Assembly (NCBI GenBank): GCA_050952625.1
Contig: JBMNLH010000001.1
Span: 640,001 to 704,000, forward strand
DNA length: 64,000 bases
Reading direction: 5' to 3'
DNA from: Bacillota bacterium
Lineage (GTDB): Bacteria > Bacillota > Ch66 > Ch109
Position 1 is the stretch's first letter. Every line of letters begins with the position of its first letter. A program made the position numbers and the translations under genes. Below the pieces are notes generated by a model. That model searched no databases. It had not been told where the DNA came from and saw only the letters and a list, made by a program, of their open reading frames with translations. Positions 38,636 through 48,419 of this stretch are shown in pieces.

Positions 38636-40272
38636 TTGCCCTTTCCTCCTTTGCGTTGAGAGCGACGGACATTTGGGGCAGCCGGCGGACCCGGTTTTTG
38701 ACCAGGATTCTGTCGCTGTCGATCAATATAGCCTATTAAACGTGGCCGAAAAAGCATGGCCCAGGCCGGGGCGCGAATTAAGGTATCTTTCAAATCAGCT
38801 AAAATTAATGGGGCCAGGGGAGATAAGTAAGGCACTCCAAAGGATCTTAAAGAACACAGATAGAATAACAACATTGAAAAAGCGGCCATAACGCCAAACA
38901 TTCCTAAGAAAGCAGCAGCTATCATGAATAAAAAGCGCAATAAACGAATGCTATTAACTAGGCTTACGGAAGGCAAGGTGTAAGACCCAATAGCAGTTAA
39001 AGCTACAATCACCACCATGGTCGAGGATACTAGACCGGCAGCTACTGCTGCCTGGCCGATAACAATTGCGCCGACAATACTGATGGTTTGACCAAAAGCA
39101 CGCGGCAAACGAATTCCTGCTTCCCTTAGTAGTTCGAAAGTTAATTCCATTAACAGAGCCTCAATAAAGGCCGGAAAGGGGACGCCTTCCCGAGCCGCCA
39201 GAACCGTGATAAGTAAGGGGGTAGGCAGTAACTCCTGGTGAAAAGTGCTTACTGCAATATAAACCGACGGGGCCAATAAGGCTACAAACAATCCCATCCA
39301 ACGGAAAAGACGAATAAAAGAAGCAAACCAGTAATGATTATAATAATCATCCGGGCTTTGTAGCTGATTGGCCATAGTAGTCGGCAGCATCATCGCAAAT
39401 GGTGTGCCGTCAATGATTAAGGCAGCCCCCCCTTCTAAGAGGTGGCCGACGATTCGATCCGGTCGCTCAGTCGCCTCGATGGTGCTGAAAAATGAATAAG
39501 GGCTGTCTTGAATAAACTCTGTAATTTTGTTGGTGCTGATAATGCCATCAATATCAATTCGTTGAACCCGGGCGTAGATCTCCTCAATCAATTTTGGGTT
39601 CGCATATCCTTTAAGATACACTAGGTTAACCGTGGTTTTAGTTACTACTCCCACTTTCAGACTATCTACTGCTAGGCGAGACGTAGGCAGGCGTTTGCGT
39701 AATAGGCCCATATTGGTGCGCAGGTCCTCATTAAAACCCTCTGCTGGTCCCTTGATCACCACTTCTACCGTCGGGGGCCCAATTGGTCGGCTGTTATCCT
39801 CAAAAAGGTCAATTAATAGCACCTGGTCCTGACCGTCAACAAATAAGCCCACAGAGCCTTGGCTTATCCAATCAGTTATCTCTACCCATTTGTTTTGTTT
39901 CTTTATTTTCCCAGATGGAATAACCTCTTGCATCAGCCAATCAATAGTGTTGCTGGGGTGGTGTTTAGGAGTAATATTGGTTAAAGCTCGTAACAGGCTG
40001 CGTTCCAGCAGTTCTTGGCTGGTTAAGGAATCGAAATAAGCGATCAAGGCCCGGGTGGATTGTTGACCAACTCTGATGACAAAATCATGGATTATCAGGT
40101 CATCGCAGTGATCAAAAATGCGGCGGATAGCCTTTCGGTTTTTATCTAGGTTTAAGGATAGGGTTTCGGTTTCCTGGAATGTTTGGGTTAATCGGGCCTG
40201 CCGGGCGGATTCATTGTCGCTAGTTTTTTTGTTGGTTTTACTTCGCAGAAATCTGAATATCCGTTTAAGCAT
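38629..40272 (-). CDS. Ger(x)A germinant receptor subunit
   Basis: GP.EGF.E, TERPD, REGVPFP, ELLREAG.RLP, SFGVPYLSP. Confidence 0.95.
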   Translation of the reverse strand: MLKRIFRFLRSKTNKKTSDNESARQARLTQTFQETETLSLNLDKNRKAIRRIFDHCDDLIIHDFVIRVGQQSTRALIAYFDSLTSQELLERSLLRALTNITPKHHPSNTIDWLMQEVIPSGKIKKQNKWVEITDWISQGSVGLFVDGQDQVLLIDLFEDNSRPIGPPTVEVVIKGPAEGFNEDLRTNMGLLRKRLPTSRLAVDSLKVGVVTKTTVNLVYLKGYANPKLIEEIYARVQRIDIDGIISTNKITEFIQDSPYSFFSTIEATERPDRIVGHLLEGGAALIIDGTPFAMMLPTTMANQLQSPDDYYNHYWFASFIRLFRWMGLFVALLAPSVYIAVSTFHQELLPTPLLITVLAAREGVPFPAFIEALLMELTFELLREAGIRLPRAFGQTISIVGAIVIGQAAVAAGLVSSTMVVIVALTAIGSYTLPSVSLVNSIRLLRFLFMIAAAFLGMFGVMAAFSMLLFYLCSLRSFGVPYLSPLAPLILADLKDTLIRAPAWAMLFRPRLIGYIDRQRQNPGQKPGPPAAPNVRRSQRKGGKGNC

Positions 40273-40415
40273 TATTCTCCCCTTTTATTATCTGCCGGGT
40301 TATATTCTGAACTTGAAGACTTAGAACCAGTGACAGAAACGACTATTATTTGCTTAGATCGCCGGATTTGCTAGCCAACAGCCCCAAAAGAATAGTGTAA
40401 ATTAAGTGTGTAATA

Positions 40416-40445
40416 TAGTTTGCTAGATAACTCAAGTCTTCATTC
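40416..40445 (-). promoter_or_regulatory. SigG-type promoter of the ger operon
   Basis: Minus strand GAATG-N18-CAAACTA. Confidence 0.7.
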
Positions 40446-40502
40446 TGACTGGAGGTCTGTCTGTTTTATTTATTACTAAAAGCTATTTTTCCGAGGAACT
40501 TG

Positions 40503-40530
40503 GCAGGAATTAGCTGTCTTATTGTAGAAT
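40503..40530 (+). promoter_or_regulatory. SigH-type promoter upstream of pgeF
   Basis: GCAGGAATT-N12-GTAGAAT. Confidence 0.65.
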
Positions 40531-40564
40531 AAATTTTAATGACAAATCATCGTAAAACAGGCAG

Positions 40565-41485
40565 GTGAAAACTGTGCTGATTAACCCCGGAAAAGGCTGG
40601 TCCTGGCGGCAACGGGCCGGGATTAATTTTTTAGTCTTGGAAGCCCTGGAGCAGACCGGTTTGGTGCGGCATGGATTTAGTGCACGCCGGGGCGGCGTAA
40701 GTCAGGCGGGTTACTCTAGTCTTAACCTGGGGCTGCATGTTGGCGACGATCCCCGGCTAGTTCTAGAAAATCGTTGTCGGTTTGCCTCGGCTCTGGGAGT
40801 GGCCTCCCGGGACCTGGTTATCCCGGCCCAGGTTCATGGCGATCAAGTTGGCGTAGTGGGACGAGCCCAGGCTGGTTTTGGAGCGAATGATTTAGAAACA
40901 GCGGTACCGGGAGTGGATGCCCTAATCACTCAGGAGCCGGAACTGCCACTCTGTACTTTTTATGCCGATTGTGTCCCAATTTTCCTTTTTGATCCGGTTC
41001 GTCGGGTGATCGGTCTGGCTCACGCGGGGTGGAAGGGAACAGTGCAAAAGATTGGAACTCGGACCTTACAACGGATGCAGGAGGTCTTCGGAAGTAAACC
41101 GGAGGATTGTCTCGCCGGAATCGGTCCTTCGATCGGCCCTTGCTGCTATGAAGTAGATCAACCGGTGATCAGGCAGGTCCTGGCTGCTTTTCCCGATTCA
41201 AATAAATTGCTAACCGAGGCTGCAGTGGGAAACTACTCAACTGTTCAATTAGCACTGTTGGATAATGGTTTTAGAGAAAACCGAGCTAACCTTGATCTCT
41301 GGGCGGCCAACCAACTGACTCTTCTCAAAGGCGGTATCCTACCCCAAAACATTTGGCTAGCCGGTATCTGCACCCGTTGTCATCCGGAACTATTTTTTTC
41401 CTATCGGGGAGCAAATGGTCAGCCAACCGGCAGAATGGGGGCCGTAATTTCTTTGAGGATTGACAGTACTCCGGTAGCGAGTTAA
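40565..41485 (+). CDS. pgeF: Peptidoglycan editing factor / purine nucleoside phosphorylase PgeF (YlmD/YfiH)
   Basis: SLNLG, QVHG, ADCVP, HAGWKG, IGPCCYEV, FFSYR. Confidence 0.95.
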   Translation: MKTVLINPGKGWSWRQRAGINFLVLEALEQTGLVRHGFSARRGGVSQAGYSSLNLGLHVGDDPRLVLENRCRFASALGVASRDLVIPAQVHGDQVGVVGRAQAGFGANDLETAVPGVDALITQEPELPLCTFYADCVPIFLFDPVRRVIGLAHAGWKGTVQKIGTRTLQRMQEVFGSKPEDCLAGIGPSIGPCCYEVDQPVIRQVLAAFPDSNKLLTEAAVGNYSTVQLALLDNGFRENRANLDLWAANQLTLLKGGILPQNIWLAGICTRCHPELFFSYRGANGQPTGRMGAVISLRIDSTPVAS

Positions 41486-41503
41486 TATGGGATTACAGGA
41501 GCT

Positions 41504-42496
41504 GTGTATATGGTTTACTCTTCTCCGCGTATCCGACAGCGTCGAGCGGCTCTCCGCCGGAGAAAACAGCGGATATTGCTCTCGCTTGTTGTATTGGCGT
41601 GTACGGCATTTCTGATTTGGGGGGCTATTGGGTGGGGCCGGTCATTCTTAATTAAGAAGTCGGTCAAAACAACGGTAGTAAGTACCGGTCTTTTACAACA
41701 GACAGTCCCAGTTGATGCAATTGTCCTTACCGCAGAGGAATTAGTAATTGCTAATGTTAGTGGGTTGTTTCACCCAGTTGCTGTTGAGGGGCAACGGATC
41801 CGGAAGGGTGAAATAATAGGCAAGTTGGTTAGTTCTGAAATGGCTATGTCAAGAACGGAAACAGTAGTGGTTGCCCCATGTACCGGGTTGGTCAGTTTTC
41901 AACTTGATGGATTAGAAGGTTTTCTGACGCGAGAAAAGTGGGAACAGCTTGATCTTGGCCAACTAGTTGAGTCAAAAGGGAAGCATTCAGTCCAGCAAGG
42001 CAATTGGATTGAAGCCGGAAAACCTTTGGCCCGGATAGTAGACAATTTGGCCAACACTAATCTAGGGCTAGAATTACTCGTTCAAGATTTACCGCTCGAA
42101 TTGAAAGATGACCAGATTAAAGCCGGAGATACCCTTAGGCTTAAGTTGCTCGATGTTGAGGAGAATAAGGTTAAAGTTGTTTCGGTTCAGCGAGATGCCA
42201 GTCGGATCAGAATAATCGTCGAATTGCCGAAATTTAGGGAAGATATGCTTTATCACCGGCAGGTTCCAGTAGAACTGATTACCCAGTGCTGGACCGGTTT
42301 TGTTCTCCCCCGGGAGGTACTTGTATTTCAGCAAGAGGGTCCGGGTGTCTATATTCTGCGTAAGGGTTGGACCAGATGGAAGAGCGTCGAGGTTGTCGGG
42401 GAATTGAACAATGAAGTAGTCCTAACCGGTCTTAATGAAGGAGAAATAGTAGTCTTAAATCCTTCTCTGGTTAGGGAAGGGTTGCGGTTGCACTAG
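41504..42496 (+). CDS. Orphan HlyD/membrane-fusion-like protein
   Basis: Basic N-terminus plus TM, lipoyl half-motifs (EGQRIRKGEIIG; APCTGLVSF.LDG), C-terminal GLNEGEIVV. Confidence 0.7.
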   Translation: MYMVYSSPRIRQRRAALRRRKQRILLSLVVLACTAFLIWGAIGWGRSFLIKKSVKTTVVSTGLLQQTVPVDAIVLTAEELVIANVSGLFHPVAVEGQRIRKGEIIGKLVSSEMAMSRTETVVVAPCTGLVSFQLDGLEGFLTREKWEQLDLGQLVESKGKHSVQQGNWIEAGKPLARIVDNLANTNLGLELLVQDLPLELKDDQIKAGDTLRLKLLDVEENKVKVVSVQRDASRIRIIVELPKFREDMLYHRQVPVELITQCWTGFVLPREVLVFQQEGPGVYILRKGWTRWKSVEVVGELNNEVVLTGLNEGEIVVLNPSLVREGLRLH

Positions 42497-42512
42497 ATTA
42501 TTTAGCTAGCTG

Positions 42513-42576
42513 CTGCCCGGTGCCGACAAGTTCATTTCTGTTTTATCTTGCAGAACGAGTTAGCACACAAGCGTTA
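42513..42576 (+). repeat. Family A element, degenerate fragment
   Basis: CTGCCCG..GTTCATTTC..TGCAGAACGAGTTAGCACACAAGCGT is colinear with 4188-4250. Confidence 0.5.
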
Positions 42577-42617
42577 ATAAGTGTTTAATAATCATTTAGA
42601 GCATATAGGAAAATGCT

Positions 42618-43331
42618 ATGTTTGATATTGCTGAACGGATAGCCCTGATCAGGGAAAAAATCGACCAAGCCGCCGAAAGATCGGGCCGTGATCCAAAACA
42701 GATTAAGATTGTCGCAGTTTCCAAATTTGTTGACCCCGAACGAATCCAGGAGGCACTTGGTGCCGGCATCACTACTTTCGGGGAAAACCGGGTTCAAGAA
42801 TTCTTAACTAAATACCCGGTCATAAAGGGACCGGTTCAATGGCATATGGTTGGTTCCTTGCAAACTAATAAAGTAAAGCAAGTGATCGGTAAGGTTCAAC
42901 TAATTCACTCGCTTGACCGTCGTTCTTTGGCGGAAGAGCTGTCCCGTCAAGCTAGGCTTACCGGCAGTGAGGCAACGGTTCTAGTCCAGGTCAATGTTTC
43001 AAGGGAGATTTCTAAAAAGGGTTTGGCCCCAGAAGAAGTGATTCCTTTTCTTAAGTGGCTTAGCACAATTGGGGGAGTAGAAGTTAAAGGGCTAATGACC
43101 ATTGGTCCTTTAGGTGAACCAGAGAAAGCTAGACCAGTCTTTCGGCAGTTACGTGAGCTTTTTGAACGAATAGCAGATTTAGAATTACCTATGGTAGAGA
43201 TGAAATATTTATCGATGGGTATGACGAATGACTATGAGATAGCGATCGAAGAAGGAGCTAATTTGGTTCGGATAGGGACTGGGATTTTTGGCAGACGTGA
43301 AACAGCTCAGAGGAGGCGAGACCATGGCTAA
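42618..43331 (+). CDS. yggS: PLP homeostasis protein YggS/YlmE
   Basis: VAVSK, FGENRVQE, WHMVG.LQTNK, LSMGMT.D, VRIGT.IFG. Confidence 0.97.
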   Translation: MFDIAERIALIREKIDQAAERSGRDPKQIKIVAVSKFVDPERIQEALGAGITTFGENRVQEFLTKYPVIKGPVQWHMVGSLQTNKVKQVIGKVQLIHSLDRRSLAEELSRQARLTGSEATVLVQVNVSREISKKGLAPEEVIPFLKWLSTIGGVEVKGLMTIGPLGEPEKARPVFRQLRELFERIADLELPMVEMKYLSMGMTNDYEIAIEEGANLVRIGTGIFGRRETAQRRRDHG

Positions 43332-43788
43332 GATAGTTGATCGTTTAATGGACTTTTTGTGTGTTGGCGATACTTACGAGGACGAAAGGCCAACGGGAGA
43401 TCAATATCATACCGAACGCGAACCTAAAATTGAAGAACCCAGTTCACTCAGGAAAGGAAATGTTCTAAGCCTGCATGCACCTAAACAACTCAGGGTAGTA
43501 GTTACTGAACCGATTAGCTTTGATGAATCTCAGGCTTTAGCGGAACACCTTAAATCGCGGCGACAGGTAGTATTAAACTTGGAGAATACAGATAAAGATG
43601 TTGCCCAACGGATCATCGATTTTATCAGTGGGGCCTGCTATGCTTTGGATGGACATGTTCAGAAGATTGGCGACGGTGTTTTTCTATTTGCCCCACATAA
43701 TGTTGATATAACCAGTGAAGTGAAACAACAAAATTCAAACCAATCACCCTTGCCTTGGCTGGGGCTAGGCCGCGAGAAACGAGGCTAG
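43324..43788 (+). CDS. sepF: Cell division protein SepF
   Basis: EP.SFDE, RIIDFISGACYALDG; SD GAGGAGG before ATG 43324. Confidence 0.95.
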   Translation: MAKIVDRLMDFLCVGDTYEDERPTGDQYHTEREPKIEEPSSLRKGNVLSLHAPKQLRVVVTEPISFDESQALAEHLKSRRQVVLNLENTDKDVAQRIIDFISGACYALDGHVQKIGDGVFLFAPHNVDITSEVKQQNSNQSPLPWLGLGREKRG

Positions 43789-43874
43789 AACTGGCGAAAT
43801 CATGCGGCTAGTAAGAGAAATTTTACTTTGACAATCGTGTTTTAAATCTAATTCCACCTAAGGGGGGAAGCCTA

Positions 43875-44690
43875 GTGCAGGGTATGGTACTCAGAATTGG
43901 GTTTATCGGGGCCGGGGCAATGGCAGAAGCCCTGATACGCGGACTAATTAAGGCTGGTACTAACCCAGAAGACCTGATCGCTAGTGATATCCAGCCAGAA
44001 CGGCTTAATATAATGCATAAAACATACGGGATTAGAGTGTCCGATAAGAATCTGGCTGTTTTTCAACAATCTGATGTAGTAGTATTAGCGGTTAAGCCGC
44101 AACATTTAGACCCAGTACTGCAAGAATTAATGCCTCATGATCTTGGCTCCAAGCCAATGGTCATATCCATTGCGGCCGGCATCCCATTGAGTTTCTTGGA
44201 GGACCGGCTACCGCCCACGATTCCGGTGATTCGGGCGATGCCTAACACACCGGGAATGATTGGTTATGGTGCAACAGCCATTTCTCTAGGGAATCAGGCA
44301 CGGCCGGAACACGAAGCCCAGGCTCGTTCCATTTTTGAGGCCATTGGCATCGTGTTTACCGTCCCAGAGGCTCAGATGGACGCCGTTACCGGTTTAAGCG
44401 GCAGTGGACCAGCGTATGGCTATGTAATTATTGAAGCTCTAGCTGATGCCGGGGTTAAAGCCGGTTTGCCTCGACCGATTGCGATGGGCTTAGCAGCGCA
44501 GACTGTTGCCGGAGCAGCCCATATGATCCAAGAGACCGGCTTGCATCCCGGAGTCTTAAAGGATCAGGTAACATCTCCCGGCGGTACGACTATTGCCGGC
44601 CTACATGCTTTAGAGCTCGGCTGCCTCCGCGGCACTCTGATCAACGCAGTGATGGCTGCAACCGCTCGTTCGCAAGAGTTGCGCCGTTAA
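43875..44690 (+). CDS. proC: Pyrroline-5-carboxylate reductase
   Basis: GFIGAGAMA, RAMPNTP, SGSGPAY, VTSPGGTT. Confidence 0.97.
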   Translation: MQGMVLRIGFIGAGAMAEALIRGLIKAGTNPEDLIASDIQPERLNIMHKTYGIRVSDKNLAVFQQSDVVVLAVKPQHLDPVLQELMPHDLGSKPMVISIAAGIPLSFLEDRLPPTIPVIRAMPNTPGMIGYGATAISLGNQARPEHEAQARSIFEAIGIVFTVPEAQMDAVTGLSGSGPAYGYVIIEALADAGVKAGLPRPIAMGLAAQTVAGAAHMIQETGLHPGVLKDQVTSPGGTTIAGLHALELGCLRGTLINAVMAATARSQELRR

Positions 44691-44820
44691 ATAAAGATAG
44701 TTTAGTTGGTGAGTCATATCGTTGACAGAGAACAGAGCCGCTGTTGCTACTGTTGATTATTATATTATTTTTTATTATTTTGTAATATATCTATTTTATT
44801 AATCATCTAAGGGAGGAAGT

Positions 44821-45081
44821 ATGGGGTTAATTAGTCTGGTAGATTTATTATTTGACTTATTAAGTTGGTTGATTATTGGCCGGTGTATTCTCTCGTTCGT
44901 TCAACATGACCCTTATCATCCAGTAATTCAATGGGTTTATCGGATTACTGATCCAGTTTTAAAACCTTTTCGTCAACTAATCCCGGCGACTAGTGGGATT
45001 GATTTTTCACCACTGGTGGCTTTGTTGGTTATAATGGTGGTTAATAGTTTGGTCGTCCGAATACTGTTGATTATTATCTAA
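44821..45081 (+). CDS. yggT: YggT/YlmG family membrane protein
   Basis: ITDPVL.PFR..IP...IDFSP. Confidence 0.93.
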   Translation: MGLISLVDLLFDLLSWLIIGRCILSFVQHDPYHPVIQWVYRITDPVLKPFRQLIPATSGIDFSPLVALLVIMVVNSLVVRILLIII

Positions 45082-45253
45082 AATCATTTCCCAAACCTTA
45101 ATTCTTTGGAAATGACTATGCCTGCTGCGTATAACCACGGATGAAAATAACCCAAATGACAACAGATTGGGTTATTATCCTAAATAACAGCTTATGTTTA
45201 ATCAGAGAAGGACATATCCAGGATCAAGGTTCGGGATAGACAGGGGTTATAAA

Positions 45254-47259
45254 TTGAAAAACAATGCAACAAGCAGTTTGAGTCAGCATTATCCAAAAAT
45301 GATCAAGCCTGAGGTGCTGGCTCCGGCTGGCCGGTGGGAGGCTCTGGAAGCAGTTGTCGCGGCCGGGGCCGATGCTGTTTACCTAGGCGGGAAAAAATTA
45401 AATATGCGGATGTGGCGGTCAGAGTTTAACTTTTCAGATGAGGAATTACGGCAAGCGGTTGAGTATACTCATCAACGAGGAGTTAAGCTTTACGTTACCC
45501 TGAACAATCTCTACTATGAAGAAGATGTGCCTGAATTACAGTCCTATCTGCAGTTTTTAGAAGAGATTAAGGTTGATGCCTTAATCGTGCAGGACCTGGC
45601 AGTGGTCGCTCTGGCCCAAAGAATTGGTCTAACTCGTCCGCTCCATGCCAGTGTTCAGGTGAATATTCATAATCTCCAGACTCTGCAGGCTTTTCAAGAA
45701 ATGGGTTTTTCCCGGGCGATTGTCTCCAAGGATTTAAGTCTAGAAGAGGTTTATTATCTGGGTCAGGCGACCGGGATGGAACTGGAGTATTTTGTCCACG
45801 GAGATCTCTGTATCGCCCACACCGGTCAGTGTCTGACCAGTGCCTTAGTTTTTGGGGAGAGCAGCAATCGAGGCCGCTGCTTAAAGCCGTGTCGTTGGCG
45901 TTATCGGGTAGTCCAAACTAAAGATGGCTCACCCATCGAATGGTCAGTGCCGGGCCCCCATGTCTTGGCCAGTAATGATTTGTGCCTTTATCCCTATATT
46001 CCGCAATTGATTCAAGCCGGGATAATCTCCTTTAAAATAGAAGGCAGGATGCGGGAGGGGAGTTTTCTCAAACCCTTGGTGCAAGCTTATCGAGAGGCGG
46101 TGGATCGTTACTGGGAGGACCCTCAGGCATACCGACTGGACCAAACCGTCTGGAATAGTCTGGTTGACCAGCGGGTGCGTGATTATACTACCGGGCAGGC
46201 TTTTGGCTTAGCGAGACCAGCTAGTATTGGTTTTTCCGGCGAGCGAGAGCCTCATTTTCCGACTCGACGCCATTACGCTCCCGACTTTAACGGAGGTTGA
46301 GCTGCGCGAGAGACCCAATGACCTTGGGGTTGACAAGGAACCAGAAAAAAGGCCCGTTACTCTACCCGAACTATCAGTCCGGGTTGGTTCACTAGCTGCC
46401 TTACGTGCAGCGTTGGCTGCCGGCTCCCGGACCGTATATGTGGGAGGAGAAGTTGCCGGTTTAAATGCTCCGGTCTGGGGTCACCGAGAAGTGCGGGAAG
46501 CACTTAGGGAAGCGCACTCAGCCAAAGCCAAGCTGGTAGTGCTGACGCCTAAAATAACTAAACGAACGGAAATGCAGGAATTGGCTCGATGGTTTAAAGA
46601 ACTTGATCAACTCCAAGTAGATGGGGTAATGGTGGGTAACTGGGGAACCGGGCGGTTAGTCAGGGAGCTAACTGATCTGCCGGTATATGGTGATACCTCA
46701 CTAAACCTAACAAACAGCTTAGCCACTGATTTAGCCTTAAAAATAGGAATACGCCAAGGAACGGTTTCTTTAGAACTGTCTGCTGATTCATTGCAGAGGA
46801 TTATGGAAAATACGCATTTGCCCTTGGAAGTAGTAAGTCATGGCCATTTAACCGCCATGATTCTGGAACGCTGTTTGCCCAGGGTCTTAAAGGGGACGAT
46901 CGGCCAGCCAGAGATTTGTCCAAGGCCTTGTGCTGAGACGGAGCTTAGCCCTAATGGATGAATGCGGCCAAAAGTATCAGGTTAGGGTTGACCAGTTCTG
47001 CCGGACCCATCTGCAGTTTCCCTACCAATTGTGTTTACTGCCTATTTTGCCCTGGCTGCTGCAATTACGACCATGCAGTCTCCGGATTGAGGGTCAGCAT
47101 TACGAGGGACCGGCTTTAGCCAGAGTGGTTCAGCTATACCGTAAATATCTGGAATTGGCCTTAAGCCAGCCGGAGCTGTATACTGTTTCTCTGGAGGACT
47201 GGAAAGACCTGCAGAAGCTAAATCCCGATGGATATACCATGGGTGCTTTAGGAGTATAG
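45254..47259 (+). pseudogene. Two-domain peptidase U32 family (UbiU/UbiV- or TrhP-like Fe-S hydroxylase) gene interrupted by two +1 frameshifts
   Basis: Three overlapping ORFs in successive frames: U32 domain 1 (EVLAPAG, GADAVYLG, C-x6-C...C-x3-C, FKIEGR) and U32 domain 2 (VYVGGE, SLEL, HGHL.AM..ERC, DQFCR, LRIEG). Shifts near 46255-46270 and 46940-46950. Could be sequencing errors in an intact gene. Confidence 0.75.
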
Positions 47260-47318
47260 AGAATGAAGGGTCAGCGATTGGCGAATTATATTATCAGAGT
47301 AGCAGAGGAGTGGCCTTG

Positions 47319-47792
47319 ATGTTAACTCCAGTGGATATCAATAAGAAAGAATTTCGGCGAGCCATGCGCGGTTACAATGAAAGCGAAGTGGATAGTTTTC
47401 TGGACCAGGTTGCCCGTGATTATGAAACCCTTTTGCGAGATAAAATAGAGGTAGAGGAAAAACTGCAGCGGCGGGAAGACCAGCTTCTCCAGTACCGTAA
47501 CCTGGAGGAGACCCTTAATAATACTCTGGTCATGGCCCAAAAAACAGCAGAGGAAGTAAAGCAAAATGCAACCAGGGAAGCCCAGTTGCTGCTGCGAGAA
47601 GCGCAGGCAGAGGCAGAAGAGATAATTCATCAAGCGATGCTGAAGAAGGAAACCCTGGAAAATGAACAGGCGGAACTGATTCAGTCTCTAGTGGGATTCA
47701 AATCGCAGATTCGCGCCTTTCTTAAAGCCCAGTTAGATATGATTGAAAAGCTCCCGTTAGGAGATAAAGCAGGTGAGCACGAGGATAACTAG
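47319..47792 (+). CDS. divIVA: Cell division protein DivIVA
   Basis: MLTPVDINKKEFRRAMRGYNESEVDSFLD, coiled coil. Confidence 0.95.
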   Translation: MLTPVDINKKEFRRAMRGYNESEVDSFLDQVARDYETLLRDKIEVEEKLQRREDQLLQYRNLEETLNNTLVMAQKTAEEVKQNATREAQLLLREAQAEAEEIIHQAMLKKETLENEQAELIQSLVGFKSQIRAFLKAQLDMIEKLPLGDKAGEHEDN

Positions 47793-47876
47793 GCCATGCC
47801 TTAATAATTATAATGAGCAGCTTGTGGTTGCTGTTTCATAATCAGATAGTATAAGTAGTCTTTCTGATTATAAGTA

Positions 47877-47931
47877 GGTGCGGCGAAGGCTTCCGCCTGC
47901 GCCAAAGGCTTGGCGTAAGCCAAGTTTTCTT
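47877..47931. repeat. Short REP-like palindromic element (family C)
   Basis: GGTGCGGCG..CGCCTGCGCC hairpin followed by the perfect hairpin CTTGGC-GTAA-GCCAAG and TTTTCT. Confidence 0.5.
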
Positions 47932-47990
47932 TATCTAGCTTTGGACTAATCGTTTAAGTGCTAAAGATTAAGGTGAAGCGAGGGTTCTTC

Positions 47991-48278
47991 GTGAATCGGA
48001 TCAAGGAAATAGTCAATGGGGTTCAGATAAAGGTGCGGGTTCAGCCTCGAGCTGCCAAAAACCAAATCGTTGGCTGGATGGGAGATTCCCTTAAGGTTCG
48101 TCTGACCGCCCCACCGGTGGAGGGAGAAGCGAATGCCGCCCTGGTTCGCTTCTTAGCTGAATATTTTAACCTATCCCGCCAGAATGTTAGCCTAGTGACC
48201 GGGACAACTTCCCGGCAAAAAGTAGTTCAACTTAAAGGAATCTCGGCGGACCAGGTTAACCAGCGGGTGAATTCTTGA
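47991..48278 (+). CDS. DUF167 (YggU/UPF0235) protein
   Basis: VRVQPRA, LKVRLTAPPVEGEAN, G.TSRQK. Confidence 0.92.
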   Translation: MNRIKEIVNGVQIKVRVQPRAAKNQIVGWMGDSLKVRLTAPPVEGEANAALVRFLAEYFNLSRQNVSLVTGTTSRQKVVQLKGISADQVNQRVNS

Positions 48279-48304
48279 CACTCAGCCGAAATTTGCCTTA
48301 TAAT
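48275..48304 (+). promoter_or_regulatory. SigA-type promoter of ileS
   Basis: TTGACA-N18-TATAAT. Confidence 0.7.
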
Positions 48305-48326
48305 AAAATGAATTTAAGGGAGAGAT

Positions 48327-48365
48327 AACCTCCCATCGGTGCCAGGTGCGGATGGGAGGTTTTTT
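48327..48365 (+). terminator. Intrinsic terminator inside the ileS leader
   Basis: AACCTCCCATC/GATGGGAGGTT stem followed by a T-run. Confidence 0.8.
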
Positions 48366-48419
48366 ACATGATACTAAGACTTGACAAGATCCGGTTACTG
48401 AACCAGAAGAGGTGAAAAA

